Position numbers and translations under genes: made by a program. A DNA stretch of 60,108 nt from positions 1-60,108 of the IMG/VR virus record IMGVR_UViG_3300044957_000926; one strand, written 5' to 3'. This document shows, one piece after another, positions 1 to 8,679 of the stretch. This DNA comes from a virus. Lineage: Duplodnaviria > Caudoviricetes. The notes beneath the pieces were generated by a model. It made no database searches, was not told the origin of the DNA, and was given only the letters and a program-made list of their open reading frames with translations. Position 1 is the stretch's first letter. Each line of letters opens with the position of its first letter.

Positions 1-124
1 CTGTTTTATGTTCAAATCCTCGATATAAATGATTAAATTTATCCACCGATAGATTAACATACTCAATTAATTTTTTCTGATTAATTTTTGAGTTGTTAAT
101 GTTATAAATTTGATAATCTTTCAT
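1..124 (-). CDS. Hypothetical protein, 5' part only (runs off window)
   Basis: ATG at 124, frame MKDYQIYNINNSKINQKKLIEY... open to the window edge; directly follows the stop of 127..912. Confidence 0.55.
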   Translation of the reverse strand, partial: MKDYQIYNINNSKINQKKLIEYVNLSVDKFNHLYRGFEHKT

Positions 125-126
125 AA

Positions 127-912
127 TTAAGTTTCAAAGGTAATTGAATATGCATGTGACCATCTAAAATTGCATGATGATCCAACATAAGGTGAATGTG
201 CCAATTCTGTATTATAAATTGTCATTGTATTTTCGTAACTAGGAGCAATACCAACTCTTTCAAATCCCCAATATTGTTCTTCATCTAAAGTTAAAGGTGT
301 CCATTTATCAAGTCTCCTTTCAGATATAGACAACTCTCTACATTCATTAAACAATGGGTGATTTTTATCGGCTTGATAATCAAAATAAAGTTTTTTATCA
401 GGACCTCGTATAATTTTACCATGATACCTATAAAGAACGGTTCCACATTCATTGGGAGAATGATTTGTAAACCAGAAATTAGATACAATCCCATTAGGAC
501 CATCGCAATGAGGTAATCTAAAATAATCATATGGTCTTGCTTCATCTTTAAAATACAAATTTCCCCATTCGGAAAAATTCATATTTAAATGAAATGGAAG
601 TCTATCGTGAAAGAAAGATTTAATTAGCAAAAATATATCAATACAACACCATTCAGGAAGATGGATGGTAGCAAATGGATTTGCATCCAAACATCCATGT
701 AAATTAGTATCTTTGACAATGGGAAAACAAGAAACTAGATCTTTATAAAGTTCAAATCCATCATCATAAAAAGGAGAATCGGTAATCCAATATCCAATTT
801 CTTTATCTAGCTGTACATATTCAACCTTCCAATCTTTCAAAGATTTAATTTTAATAATATCTCTGAATTGATTTGCATTTGGATAACACCTTTTAAAATT
901 AACTTTTTGCAT
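127..912 (-). CDS. Putative 2OG-Fe(II) oxygenase-like protein (DUF6445-like)
   Basis: 261 aa; HxD (LPHCDG), GT-x-Y strand and distal His (LAHSPY) fit a DSBH facial triad. Confidence 0.6.
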   Translation of the reverse strand: MQKVNFKRCYPNANQFRDIIKIKSLKDWKVEYVQLDKEIGYWITDSPFYDDGFELYKDLVSCFPIVKDTNLHGCLDANPFATIHLPEWCCIDIFLLIKSFFHDRLPFHLNMNFSEWGNLYFKDEARPYDYFRLPHCDGPNGIVSNFWFTNHSPNECGTVLYRYHGKIIRGPDKKLYFDYQADKNHPLFNECRELSISERRLDKWTPLTLDEEQYWGFERVGIAPSYENTMTIYNTELAHSPYVGSSCNFRWSHAYSITFET

Positions 913-1498
913 TGATGTTATATGTCATTACGATACGTTCTTGATCTGTTTTGTTTTCCTGAGTTCTATGATTTAACCATCCAGGAAAAATTAAAACATC
1001 ATTAGTTTCAACTTCTATTTGCTTCCATAAGTTTCTATCTATATTATACTGAAATCCCAATTTATGGTATTCTAATGGATCTCTAAATTCAATATTACCA
1101 GATCCTTTAGGGCACTTAATATATGCAGAAATAACTAAATCTGCTCTATTATGTGCATGTTCTAAAGTTTGACCAGTCAATTTGTGAATATTAAACCAGG
1201 ATTTACTAATTTCACTGGACTTTGAAGTAAAACCAAATTTATCCCAAATAAAAGCAATCTTATCAGATAACCATGTGTGATAATCTAATAAGATTTCCAT
1301 ATTGTGTGGTTGAAAAGTAGTATCATAAACACCAACTGGTGCCGTAGATAAAGCATTTCCTACTTCTAAAATACTACTTTCAGAAGATACTGACCAATGT
1401 GATAGTAATTCTAAAGCTTTGGAACAAATTAAATCACTATCAAACTCATATTTGAATCTCCAAATGGGAGAAGGCCATAAATTAATTTCTTCTATCAT
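899..1498 (-). CDS. Putative 2OG-Fe(II) oxygenase (TIGR02466-like)
   Basis: 199 aa; SWFN, HAH, GNIEFRDP, FPGWLNH and terminal R-x-V-x-x-N motifs. Confidence 0.8.
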   Translation of the reverse strand: MIEEINLWPSPIWRFKYEFDSDLICSKALELLSHWSVSSESSILEVGNALSTAPVGVYDTTFQPHNMEILLDYHTWLSDKIAFIWDKFGFTSKSSEISKSWFNIHKLTGQTLEHAHNRADLVISAYIKCPKGSGNIEFRDPLEYHKLGFQYNIDRNLWKQIEVETNDVLIFPGWLNHRTQENKTDQERIVMTYNINAKS

Positions 1499-1713
1499 AG
1501 ATTACATTGAACTTTCGCTAACTCTAGTCCTTCAATTGCTCCTTGAAGTTTTAAAATTAATTCATACTGTTCTTGTCTCTTACTAAAATCAATTGTAGTA
1601 ATTCCATATGGATTAAGTTTAGTATCAGAAAATTCTGCTTCAAGCCTTTCTTTTTCTTCTTGTGCCATCGCTTGCTGACCTTTAAAATTTTCAATCAATT
1701 GATCAATAGTCAT
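1495..1713 (-). CDS. Hypothetical coiled-coil protein
   Basis: 72 aa; ATGA overlaps with both neighbours. Confidence 0.7.
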   Translation of the reverse strand: MTIDQLIENFKGQQAMAQEEKERLEAEFSDTKLNPYGITTIDFSKRQEQYELILKLQGAIEGLELAKVQCNL

Positions 1714-2495
1714 AATTTAACTCCTGGTTTTCTATACTTTTTAAAAATTTCAGTCACTCTATTTATTCTGGATTGAACACTATCAAATCTAATCGCATTG
1801 CATCGGTTGGCATACTGAAAAGACTCTTCCATACTATACTCCAAATCACCAGCACTGTCAATGATAGTATCAAAATTATTTAAATTTAGATATTTCCTAT
1901 TCATTGGAATGTATTGGCATAGTGGTGTTCCGGCTTTAATATGCACTTCACCTTCCATAACATGCCAAAATAGTTGTACATTTAAGACATGAGCATACTT
2001 AGGATCAATAATTCCTGTAGCAGGGGTAAATCTTTTTTCATTATTATATGTAACTGGAAGTTGTAGGATAACAATATCATTTGATGATTTAATTCTCCAA
2101 GGTGTTTCAACTTTTACAATTTCTCTTAAAGTATTGTCTGAATTATCGAGTAAAGGTTCGGTTTGTTTAGAATCATGTTTATTAATATACCCTCTATTAT
2201 TGTCACTAAATTTAAATAGATATGGAACTTCCCACTGAAATGTAATTCCATCTCCATTGGTAGTAATAATAAAATCTGCTGGAGCAGTCATAATATATCC
2301 AGCATTAGCAATATTTGTAATACCAGGGCAGTTTGATGATGATATCATTCCAGAAAAAGGACATTTACTTTTTTTAATTTCTGGTTGCTGCCAAGATCTT
2401 TTTAATGAATGTGCAGTAATTATTGGGTATAAATCTACTACTGCTGGTTCTAAAGAATAAAACCGAATCCAACTTTTAGGCTTGAAGATGTTCAT
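1710..2495 (-). CDS. Conserved phage protein (DUF6065-like, beta-rich)
   Basis: Start moved to ATG 2495 (GGAGGAG upstream); CPG..GY, TPW, GIID and KAGTPLCQYIP motifs. Confidence 0.6.
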   Translation of the reverse strand: MNIFKPKSWIRFYSLEPAVVDLYPIITAHSLKRSWQQPEIKKSKCPFSGMISSSNCPGITNIANAGYIMTAPADFIITTNGDGITFQWEVPYLFKFSDNNRGYINKHDSKQTEPLLDNSDNTLREIVKVETPWRIKSSNDIVILQLPVTYNNEKRFTPATGIIDPKYAHVLNVQLFWHVMEGEVHIKAGTPLCQYIPMNRKYLNLNNFDTIIDSAGDLEYSMEESFQYANRCNAIRFDSVQSRINRVTEIFKKYRKPGVKL

Positions 2496-4086
2496 CCACT
2501 CCTCCATAAATGTTATCACGTAAAAACTCATAATGAGATGGTAAAGTTTGAATATATTCAATCAAATTATCTCGGTATTGTTCAAATTTTCTTTTAGAAT
2601 CATGAATTACATCTAATGACCAATCTCTAGCGTGATACAATTCTTTTAATGTTTCTTCACTAGATACAGATCTCATTCCCATACCAGCAGCAATATATAA
2701 TATTCCATTAAATCCAGCACTCCAATTATTATTAGACAAAGAATTTATCAAGAAATTTTGATAAGTATCATGTTTATTTGTAAATGGAGACATCATATCA
2801 GGATTATATTCATTTAATTGTGTTGCCCATCTCCAATATGGAGTATCTTCTCTCATCGAAAATGCATAATGCATAGAAACAAAATCAACAAAATTAGTTA
2901 CTTCATGATCAACTGCATAATTAAATCCGTCAATTTCTGCTTTACAAACATAACCATCTCTTCGATTGAGTAACTCAATCATTTTAATGATATTTTCATG
3001 AGTTGTCAATAGACCCGTTGATTCTAAAGGTTCTACAAATCCATAAGACAATCCAATACCAACTACATTTCTAACCCAAGCTCTAGATCTCTTACCGTGA
3101 CGAATATCTACATGAAACATTTCTGCTTCTTCAGCTCTTTCAGGATCAGATTTTGCAAGATGGTCTCTAAATTCTTGCTGTGCTTCTTCTTTAGTTGTGA
3201 ATCGTGAAGAATAAACATATCCTGTCCCAATTCTATTCCATAGGGGGATATTCCAAACCCATCCATTGTTAAGAGCATGACAATCAGTTAGATTGTGCAT
3301 TTCCTTTTCCCTGTCAATATAGGGAATTCTGCAAGCCCATGCACTATCATTTGCTAATTTTTTCTCAAAAGATTCAAATGGCACACCCTGATATTGTTCC
3401 AAAAGCAAAGATTTAAATCCTGTACAATCAATATAAAGATCTGCTTGAATCGCAGTTTCATCATCAATTACAAGATATTCGATGCTAATATCATGTGCTG
3501 CTTTTGGTTGAAATCCTGTTACATCACCAATGATATGTCTAACGCCATTGGGGATTGCAATTTTTTCTTTTAGGTATTGTCCAAATAATTCAGCATCTAA
3601 ATGATATGCTGTATCATAAGTAAAATTAAAATTTCTTATCTTATTATTTTCATTTCTAGTTTGCTTATTGTAAGTAGCTAAAAATGTATTACTATTATAA
3701 AATCCTGCAAAAGTATCAGGTGTATACGAAGGATCTACACATGTAATATGAGACCAAGTATTTAATCCAGTATGTTTATCAGTTAAATCAAAATCAAAAC
3801 CAAATGGATACTCAAAATGTGTTCCATCATTTTCCCTGAAATTAGTAAAACGAATAGAATTCTTATATGTAGCATTACATGCTGGCATCCAATCTTCGTC
3901 TTTTAAGTCCAACAAACGAAGATATCTATTGATATGTCCTAGTGTTGATTCACCAACGCCAACAGTTTTAACATTTTTAGATTCAACAAGAGCAATTTCT
4001 AATGTTGGGCACAATTTACTTAAAGCTGCCGCAGTCATCCATCCCGAAGAACCTCCGCCAACGATTACAATACTTTCAATTTTCAT
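2476..4086 (-). CDS. prnA: Flavin-dependent (tryptophan) halogenase, PrnA/VirX1-like
   Basis: GGGSSG FAD motif, GVGEST, catalytic-Lys region ATYKNSIRF, WVWNIP, FVEPLESTG. Confidence 0.92.
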   Translation of the reverse strand: MKIESIVIVGGGSSGWMTAAALSKLCPTLEIALVESKNVKTVGVGESTLGHINRYLRLLDLKDEDWMPACNATYKNSIRFTNFRENDGTHFEYPFGFDFDLTDKHTGLNTWSHITCVDPSYTPDTFAGFYNSNTFLATYNKQTRNENNKIRNFNFTYDTAYHLDAELFGQYLKEKIAIPNGVRHIIGDVTGFQPKAAHDISIEYLVIDDETAIQADLYIDCTGFKSLLLEQYQGVPFESFEKKLANDSAWACRIPYIDREKEMHNLTDCHALNNGWVWNIPLWNRIGTGYVYSSRFTTKEEAQQEFRDHLAKSDPERAEEAEMFHVDIRHGKRSRAWVRNVVGIGLSYGFVEPLESTGLLTTHENIIKMIELLNRRDGYVCKAEIDGFNYAVDHEVTNFVDFVSMHYAFSMREDTPYWRWATQLNEYNPDMMSPFTNKHDTYQNFLINSLSNNNWSAGFNGILYIAAGMGMRSVSSEETLKELYHARDWSLDVIHDSKRKFEQYRDNLIEYIQTLPSHYEFLRDNIYGGVDEHLQA

Positions 4087-4124
4087 AATAGAATTCAAAA
4101 AATAATTTTACTTAACTAATTATA

Positions 4125-4619
4125 TCACTTTTCAATTGAAGGTGTTTGATATCCAGACCAACCAGGATAACGCTTCCAACAAGGACAGTCTGCAGTAGAA
4201 ATACCAATTGGTTTATCAGTTCCAGGTTCTTCATTTTCTGCAAAATGCAGTAATTCTTCATAAGTTAATGGAGTTTTTCTTTCTGGTGGTTTGGGAATAC
4301 TTGCTTTAACTGCAGCAATATGATCTTTCCATCTAGTTCCACCATCAAGCATATCTTTATACATCATATCCAGTTGAGCACCAATATCACCATATGCAAC
4401 TTTTCTTGCGATTTCTGGATCTGTGTATGCACCATCTCTTTTCACCCACACCATTTGTCCTGCCGAGGGTGACCATTCTAAAGTCCAATCTACAGTAATA
4501 TCATCGGGTGCATTAACCCATTGAATTGTTGCATCAGGACCGCAATAAATTTCAAAATCCTCACCAGGATCTACAATTTGGCTTACATAACCCTGAATTG
4601 ACATTAAAGCTTTTTTCAT
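4125..4619 (-). CDS. Hypothetical protein, possible tail-fibre assembly chaperone
   Basis: 164 aa; R..AY..IGAQLDMMY...WKDHIAAVKASIPKP resembles fibre-associated chaperones; follows the Gly-rich genes. Confidence 0.5.
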   Translation of the reverse strand: MKKALMSIQGYVSQIVDPGEDFEIYCGPDATIQWVNAPDDITVDWTLEWSPSAGQMVWVKRDGAYTDPEIARKVAYGDIGAQLDMMYKDMLDGGTRWKDHIAAVKASIPKPPERKTPLTYEELLHFAENEEPGTDKPIGISTADCPCWKRYPGWSGYQTPSIEK

Positions 4620-4643
4620 TGATCCATTTCTCCTTTACGAATA

Positions 4644-4651
4644 TATTTATA
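4644..4651 (-). promoter_or_regulatory. T4-type late promoter TATAAATA
   Basis: Exact consensus about 25 nt upstream of ATG 4619. Confidence 0.7.
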
Positions 4652-5452
4652 TTATAGATAATGAGTAACAATAACCATCCCAGGTCTTCCGTTAGAACCT
4701 CTATGGCCCGAGTAATAACCACTAGAACCACCAGATCCAGGAGCAGAGTGCGATTGGTGAGCATGAGCGAAGTTTCCTCCTTGAGGATGTCCTGAAGCAA
4801 CAGCACCACCAAAGAAAGAATTACCACCAGCTGATGAATAGTTATGGTGAGATTGACCGCCGCCGCCATAGATATTCAAGTTACCTCCAGAACCAACTCC
4901 ACCTAGACCACCAGAATGCTGGTTATTTCTATTAGCACCATAACCTCCAGAAGCACTTAAAAAACTACCAAAAGAAGATGATCCACCATTGTCTCCCGGA
5001 CCACTATAAAAAGTTCCATTTACTTCTCCAGATACACTAACACTTACCGAAGAAACATTAGTAACATCAATAATTCTTTCGGAATAACCTCCAGCTCCAC
5101 CAGATTCACCATGGCCAGAACCACCTCCACCTCCACCTACTACCTGTACATGAATAAATCTAACATTAGTTGGTTTATTCCAAGTAGAAGAAGACGTAAA
5201 TACTTGCATACTACTAATATTTCTATCGGATGGTCCAGTAATCCATGCAGGATTAGTACCATTTGTGTTTAAAATTTTACCTGCTTGACCAGATTGTGAT
5301 GGTAAAATAGAAGGTGTAGATCCACTCATAGTACCATTAACAATTAAATTGTTAACGATCAAACGACCAACAGCACTCAAAGTACCAGAACTCAAATTAA
5401 ATCCACTGGTTCCTGTATAGTCTCTGATATTTGCAACTTTAATAGTACTCAT
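4652..5452 (-). CDS. Glycine-rich virion/adhesin protein, copy 2
   Basis: 266 aa; MSTIKV N-terminus, VFTSSSTWNKP..VVGGGGGG..GGAGGY Gly-rich domain; paralog of 5459..6259. Confidence 0.8.
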   Translation of the reverse strand: MSTIKVANIRDYTGTSGFNLSSGTLSAVGRLIVNNLIVNGTMSGSTPSILPSQSGQAGKILNTNGTNPAWITGPSDRNISSMQVFTSSSTWNKPTNVRFIHVQVVGGGGGGSGHGESGGAGGYSERIIDVTNVSSVSVSVSGEVNGTFYSGPGDNGGSSSFGSFLSASGGYGANRNNQHSGGLGGVGSGGNLNIYGGGGQSHHNYSSAGGNSFFGGAVASGHPQGGNFAHAHQSHSAPGSGGSSGYYSGHRGSNGRPGMVIVTHYL

Positions 5453-5458
5453 AATTTT

Positions 5459-6259
5459 TTACTTGTAATGTGTAACAACGCAGAAACCTGGTCTTCCGTT
5501 AGAACCTCTATGGCTCTGGAAATAACCACCAGAACCACCAGATCCAGGAGCAGAGTGCGATTGGTGATTATGACTAAAGTTTCCTCCTTGAGGATGTCCT
5601 GCAGCAACAGCACCACCAAAGAAAGAATTACCACCAACTGAAGCATAATTATGATGTGCTTGGCCTCCACCACCAAAGATATTCAAGTCACCTCCAGAAC
5701 CAGCTCCACCTAGACCACCAGAATGCTGGTTATTTCTATTAGCACCATAACCTCCACCAGCACTTAAAAAACTACCAAAAGAAGATCCATTTCCATTATC
5801 TCCAGCACCAGAGTAATAAGTTCCATTTACTTCACCACCAATAGTTACAGAAACAGATGATACTGAAGTTACGTCGATTACTTTTTCGGCATAGCCGCCA
5901 GCGCCGCCAGATTCTCCATGGCCGGAACCTCCACCTCCGCCTCCGCAAATTTGTACTTTAATAAATCTAACATTAGTTGGTTTATTCCAAGTAGAAGAAG
6001 ACGTAAATACTTGCATACTACTAATATTTTCAGTTGATGGAGCAGTTCCCCAATAAGGAGTAGTACCATCAGTATAAAGAATTTTACCTGCATTACCAGA
6101 TTGTGCAGGAAGATATTGTTTACTATTGCCGCTAATAGTACCATTAATTGTTAAGTTAGCAACTGTTAATGTACCATTTGTAGTAATAGCACCAGAGCTC
6201 AGTGTAAAACCACCAGAGTTAGATAAATCTCTTATTGAAGCAACTTTTAAAGTACTCAT
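5459..6259 (-). CDS. Glycine-rich virion/adhesin protein, copy 1
   Basis: 266 aa, same length and architecture as 4652..5452; TATAAATA at 6293..6300 upstream. Confidence 0.8.
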   Translation of the reverse strand: MSTLKVASIRDLSNSGGFTLSSGAITTNGTLTVANLTINGTISGNSKQYLPAQSGNAGKILYTDGTTPYWGTAPSTENISSMQVFTSSSTWNKPTNVRFIKVQICGGGGGGSGHGESGGAGGYAEKVIDVTSVSSVSVTIGGEVNGTYYSGAGDNGNGSSFGSFLSAGGGYGANRNNQHSGGLGGAGSGGDLNIFGGGGQAHHNYASVGGNSFFGGAVAAGHPQGGNFSHNHQSHSAPGSGGSGGYFQSHRGSNGRPGFCVVTHYK

Positions 6260-6304
6260 GAGTATTGAATGCCGATAGTTTTTCTCTTAGATTATTTATA
6301 AGGA

Positions 6305-6784
6305 TTAAATCCACCAAGGATCTTGAACATTAGGAGCATTAAATCTTGGATCTCCTTCTTTAGGTACATCATATAATTCTGGATAATATTCTTGCCAATC
6401 ATGTACTGTAAAAGTACAATTTGACGAAAATCTATCATCATCATTGTAGCACCAAACTGAAAGTTTGTAAAGAACTTCACATGTCAAATTTAAATTTTTA
6501 TTTTCGGTGTATTCAACATCAGTTTCAATATATCCAGTATAATCATATCCCTCAATAAATTTAATCAAATTATTTTCAATAATTGATAGATCATATCCAA
6601 ATTTTAAGTTATTAAATTTAACTGGTAGTTTACCATTATCTCTGAATCCAATCATTAACTGAATATCTTTAAAATCTAAATCGTTCGTATCAAATTTAAT
6701 AGATTTTTCAGCAATATCAATTATTACTTGTAAGTCTGATCTTGGTTTAAATGTTTCTTCTCCAGTTAATCTATCTATTGTCAT
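6305..6784 (-). CDS. Hypothetical protein
   Basis: 159-aa ORF, ATGA overlap with the upstream gene. Confidence 0.65.
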   Translation of the reverse strand: MTIDRLTGEETFKPRSDLQVIIDIAEKSIKFDTNDLDFKDIQLMIGFRDNGKLPVKFNNLKFGYDLSIIENNLIKFIEGYDYTGYIETDVEYTENKNLNLTCEVLYKLSVWCYNDDDRFSSNCTFTVHDWQEYYPELYDVPKEGDPRFNAPNVQDPWWI

Positions 6785-7707
6785 GCAACATACCTATATC
6801 TTACAACAATTCTACCAGATCCTCCATTAGGTTGACCTGCTCCAGATCTTAAATAGTGTCCACTTCGTCCAGGAGTACTAGCACTTCCGGCCTCGGTGAC
6901 GGAACCGTAATTGCCTCCTCCTCCACCACCGCCGGCACCCTGCTGATCACATCCAGGATTACCGCCGCAACCACCTGCCCAATATCCACCACCGGATCCA
7001 CCACCACCTGAAGCATCATTTCCGGGGCGGCCGCATTCAGAACCACTAAATTGACCGTTGCAATTTGTACATCCACCACCTGCTCCACAAGATCCACCAT
7101 AACCAACTTGGCCTCCAGCACCTCCATGGCCAGCACCGCCACCCTCGGCACCTCCGCCTCCACCGCCACCGGCACCGATAGCCCATGCACCACTAGCAGG
7201 TCCACCGCCAAACACAGCACTCATTGCCCCGCCACCACCGCCGCCTGCGGAACATCCCGAACAAGATGCGTGAGTTCCATTTCCTCCAGAACCTCCGTTA
7301 GGTCCATATCCGCCGCCGCCGCCGCCCCAGCATCCATAGCAACCACACCCATTTCCACCGCCACCGCCAACAGACATAGTATAACTATAAGATCCATCAA
7401 TAGTTAATCCAGTTAGAATATTATAACCAAATCCACCAGCTCCACCAGTATTACCACTTTGTCCTCCAGCGCCACCTGCTGCACCCCAACAAAAAAATTC
7501 AAGAGTATTATAAGTACCCATTCTGCTTACACTAAAACTTTGATTTCCACCAGTATAAGAATAAGCATGATGTCGATATAAAATACTCCCATCAGTTTGG
7601 TCAAATACTGATCCACCAGATGCAACTGTTTGCACAAAAAGATTTTTTGATATTGCTTGAGGTCCAGTAGGTGAAAATTTTGAAATGAATCTAGAAATAA
7701 ATGTCAT
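6781..7707 (-). CDS. Gly/Cys-rich virion protein (adhesin-like)
   Basis: 308 aa; WGAAGGAGG, long poly-Gly tracts with Cys-containing loops, C-terminal GSGRIVVRY. Confidence 0.75.
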   Translation of the reverse strand: MTFISRFISKFSPTGPQAISKNLFVQTVASGGSVFDQTDGSILYRHHAYSYTGGNQSFSVSRMGTYNTLEFFCWGAAGGAGGQSGNTGGAGGFGYNILTGLTIDGSYSYTMSVGGGGGNGCGCYGCWGGGGGGYGPNGGSGGNGTHASCSGCSAGGGGGGAMSAVFGGGPASGAWAIGAGGGGGGGAEGGGAGHGGAGGQVGYGGSCGAGGGCTNCNGQFSGSECGRPGNDASGGGGSGGGYWAGGCGGNPGCDQQGAGGGGGGGNYGSVTEAGSASTPGRSGHYLRSGAGQPNGGSGRIVVRYRYVA

Positions 7708-7712
7708 AATTA

Positions 7713-8645
7713 TTAAGCAAACTCGTTAAATTGTAAATAAGCCTTCCAAGTAGTACTAGTACCTCCAACAGCATCAGTATATTGAGTAACTCTCACTAAT
7801 GTTAATCCAACTGTAATTTCTCTATTTGCAGTTAAAGTTGCGGGTACGGATCCACCAAACCAAGTGGAAGTAGCAGCTAAGGATCCATTGATATAGATAT
7901 TACCTGTGGGACGATATCTATTTGATCCATTAAAATACATCACAGTAAATCCATATGCTTGTTGAGAATCAACTCCTCCAAGTCCAATACTAGTAACTGG
8001 TAAATTTAAGATATTAATATCAAAATTATTATTAATATTAGTAAGATAGTAAATTGAAGCTGCAGTATAATTAATATTGACCATCGTATCAGCAGTATTT
8101 AAACGATACGATGCCATTTTTTCACGCATTGCATCAACATCAATTCTTCCAGTAGTTACATCTAAAACACCAGTAACAGTAACATTTTCATATGTGTAAT
8201 TATCAGGATGATCACCAAGGATATAAAATACAGCTCCATTTTCAACGGTGATCGTATAACCAAAACCAATTTCTACAGGTCCAACAACATATCCATTTGA
8301 AAATTGATCTCCACCATTAGCCTGAGAACCAACAGTTACAGTTTCATCAAGAACAGTAGCATTAGTTCTAATATAAGAAGTAGCTTTAGATCCAACATGA
8401 GGTCCTCCAGCACCCACACTTACCCACCCATCTGTTCCCAATCCATCAGAATTAGTTACATAAACTTCTGCAAGATCTGTTGATAAATTAAACCTAAGAG
8501 TACCATAAGAGACGCCAGTTGGTCTTTGTGCTGTAGTACCATTTGGTAATCTAAAAATACTATCAGATGCATTAAAATTCAAAGCATTAATAGTAGCTTG
8601 CGTAGTAGTACTTATCTGATTACCATTAATCTTAGTTAATGCCAT
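7713..8645 (-). CDS. Tail-fibre-associated structural protein
   Basis: MALTKI start; LPNGTTAQRP..G.LRFN fibre motif; IRTNA..LDE module. Confidence 0.7.
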   Translation of the reverse strand: MALTKINGNQISTTTQATINALNFNASDSIFRLPNGTTAQRPTGVSYGTLRFNLSTDLAEVYVTNSDGLGTDGWVSVGAGGPHVGSKATSYIRTNATVLDETVTVGSQANGGDQFSNGYVVGPVEIGFGYTITVENGAVFYILGDHPDNYTYENVTVTGVLDVTTGRIDVDAMREKMASYRLNTADTMVNINYTAASIYYLTNINNNFDINILNLPVTSIGLGGVDSQQAYGFTVMYFNGSNRYRPTGNIYINGSLAATSTWFGGSVPATLTANREITVGLTLVRVTQYTDAVGGTSTTWKAYLQFNEFA

Positions 8646-8679
8646 GGTTTTTTAAAACTCTCCTGTAGTATTTATTAGA

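Larger units (their letters stand above)
4652..6259. repeat. Tandem gene duplication, period 807 bp
   Basis: Identical DNA blocks, e.g. 5153..5222 = 5960..6029 and about 4899..4948 = 5706..5755. Confidence 0.9.

Noticed and set aside
4652-6259. Diversity-generating retroelement template/variable repeat pair
   Set aside because: Differences are not restricted to adenines, both copies are full genes, and there is no reverse transcriptase in the window.
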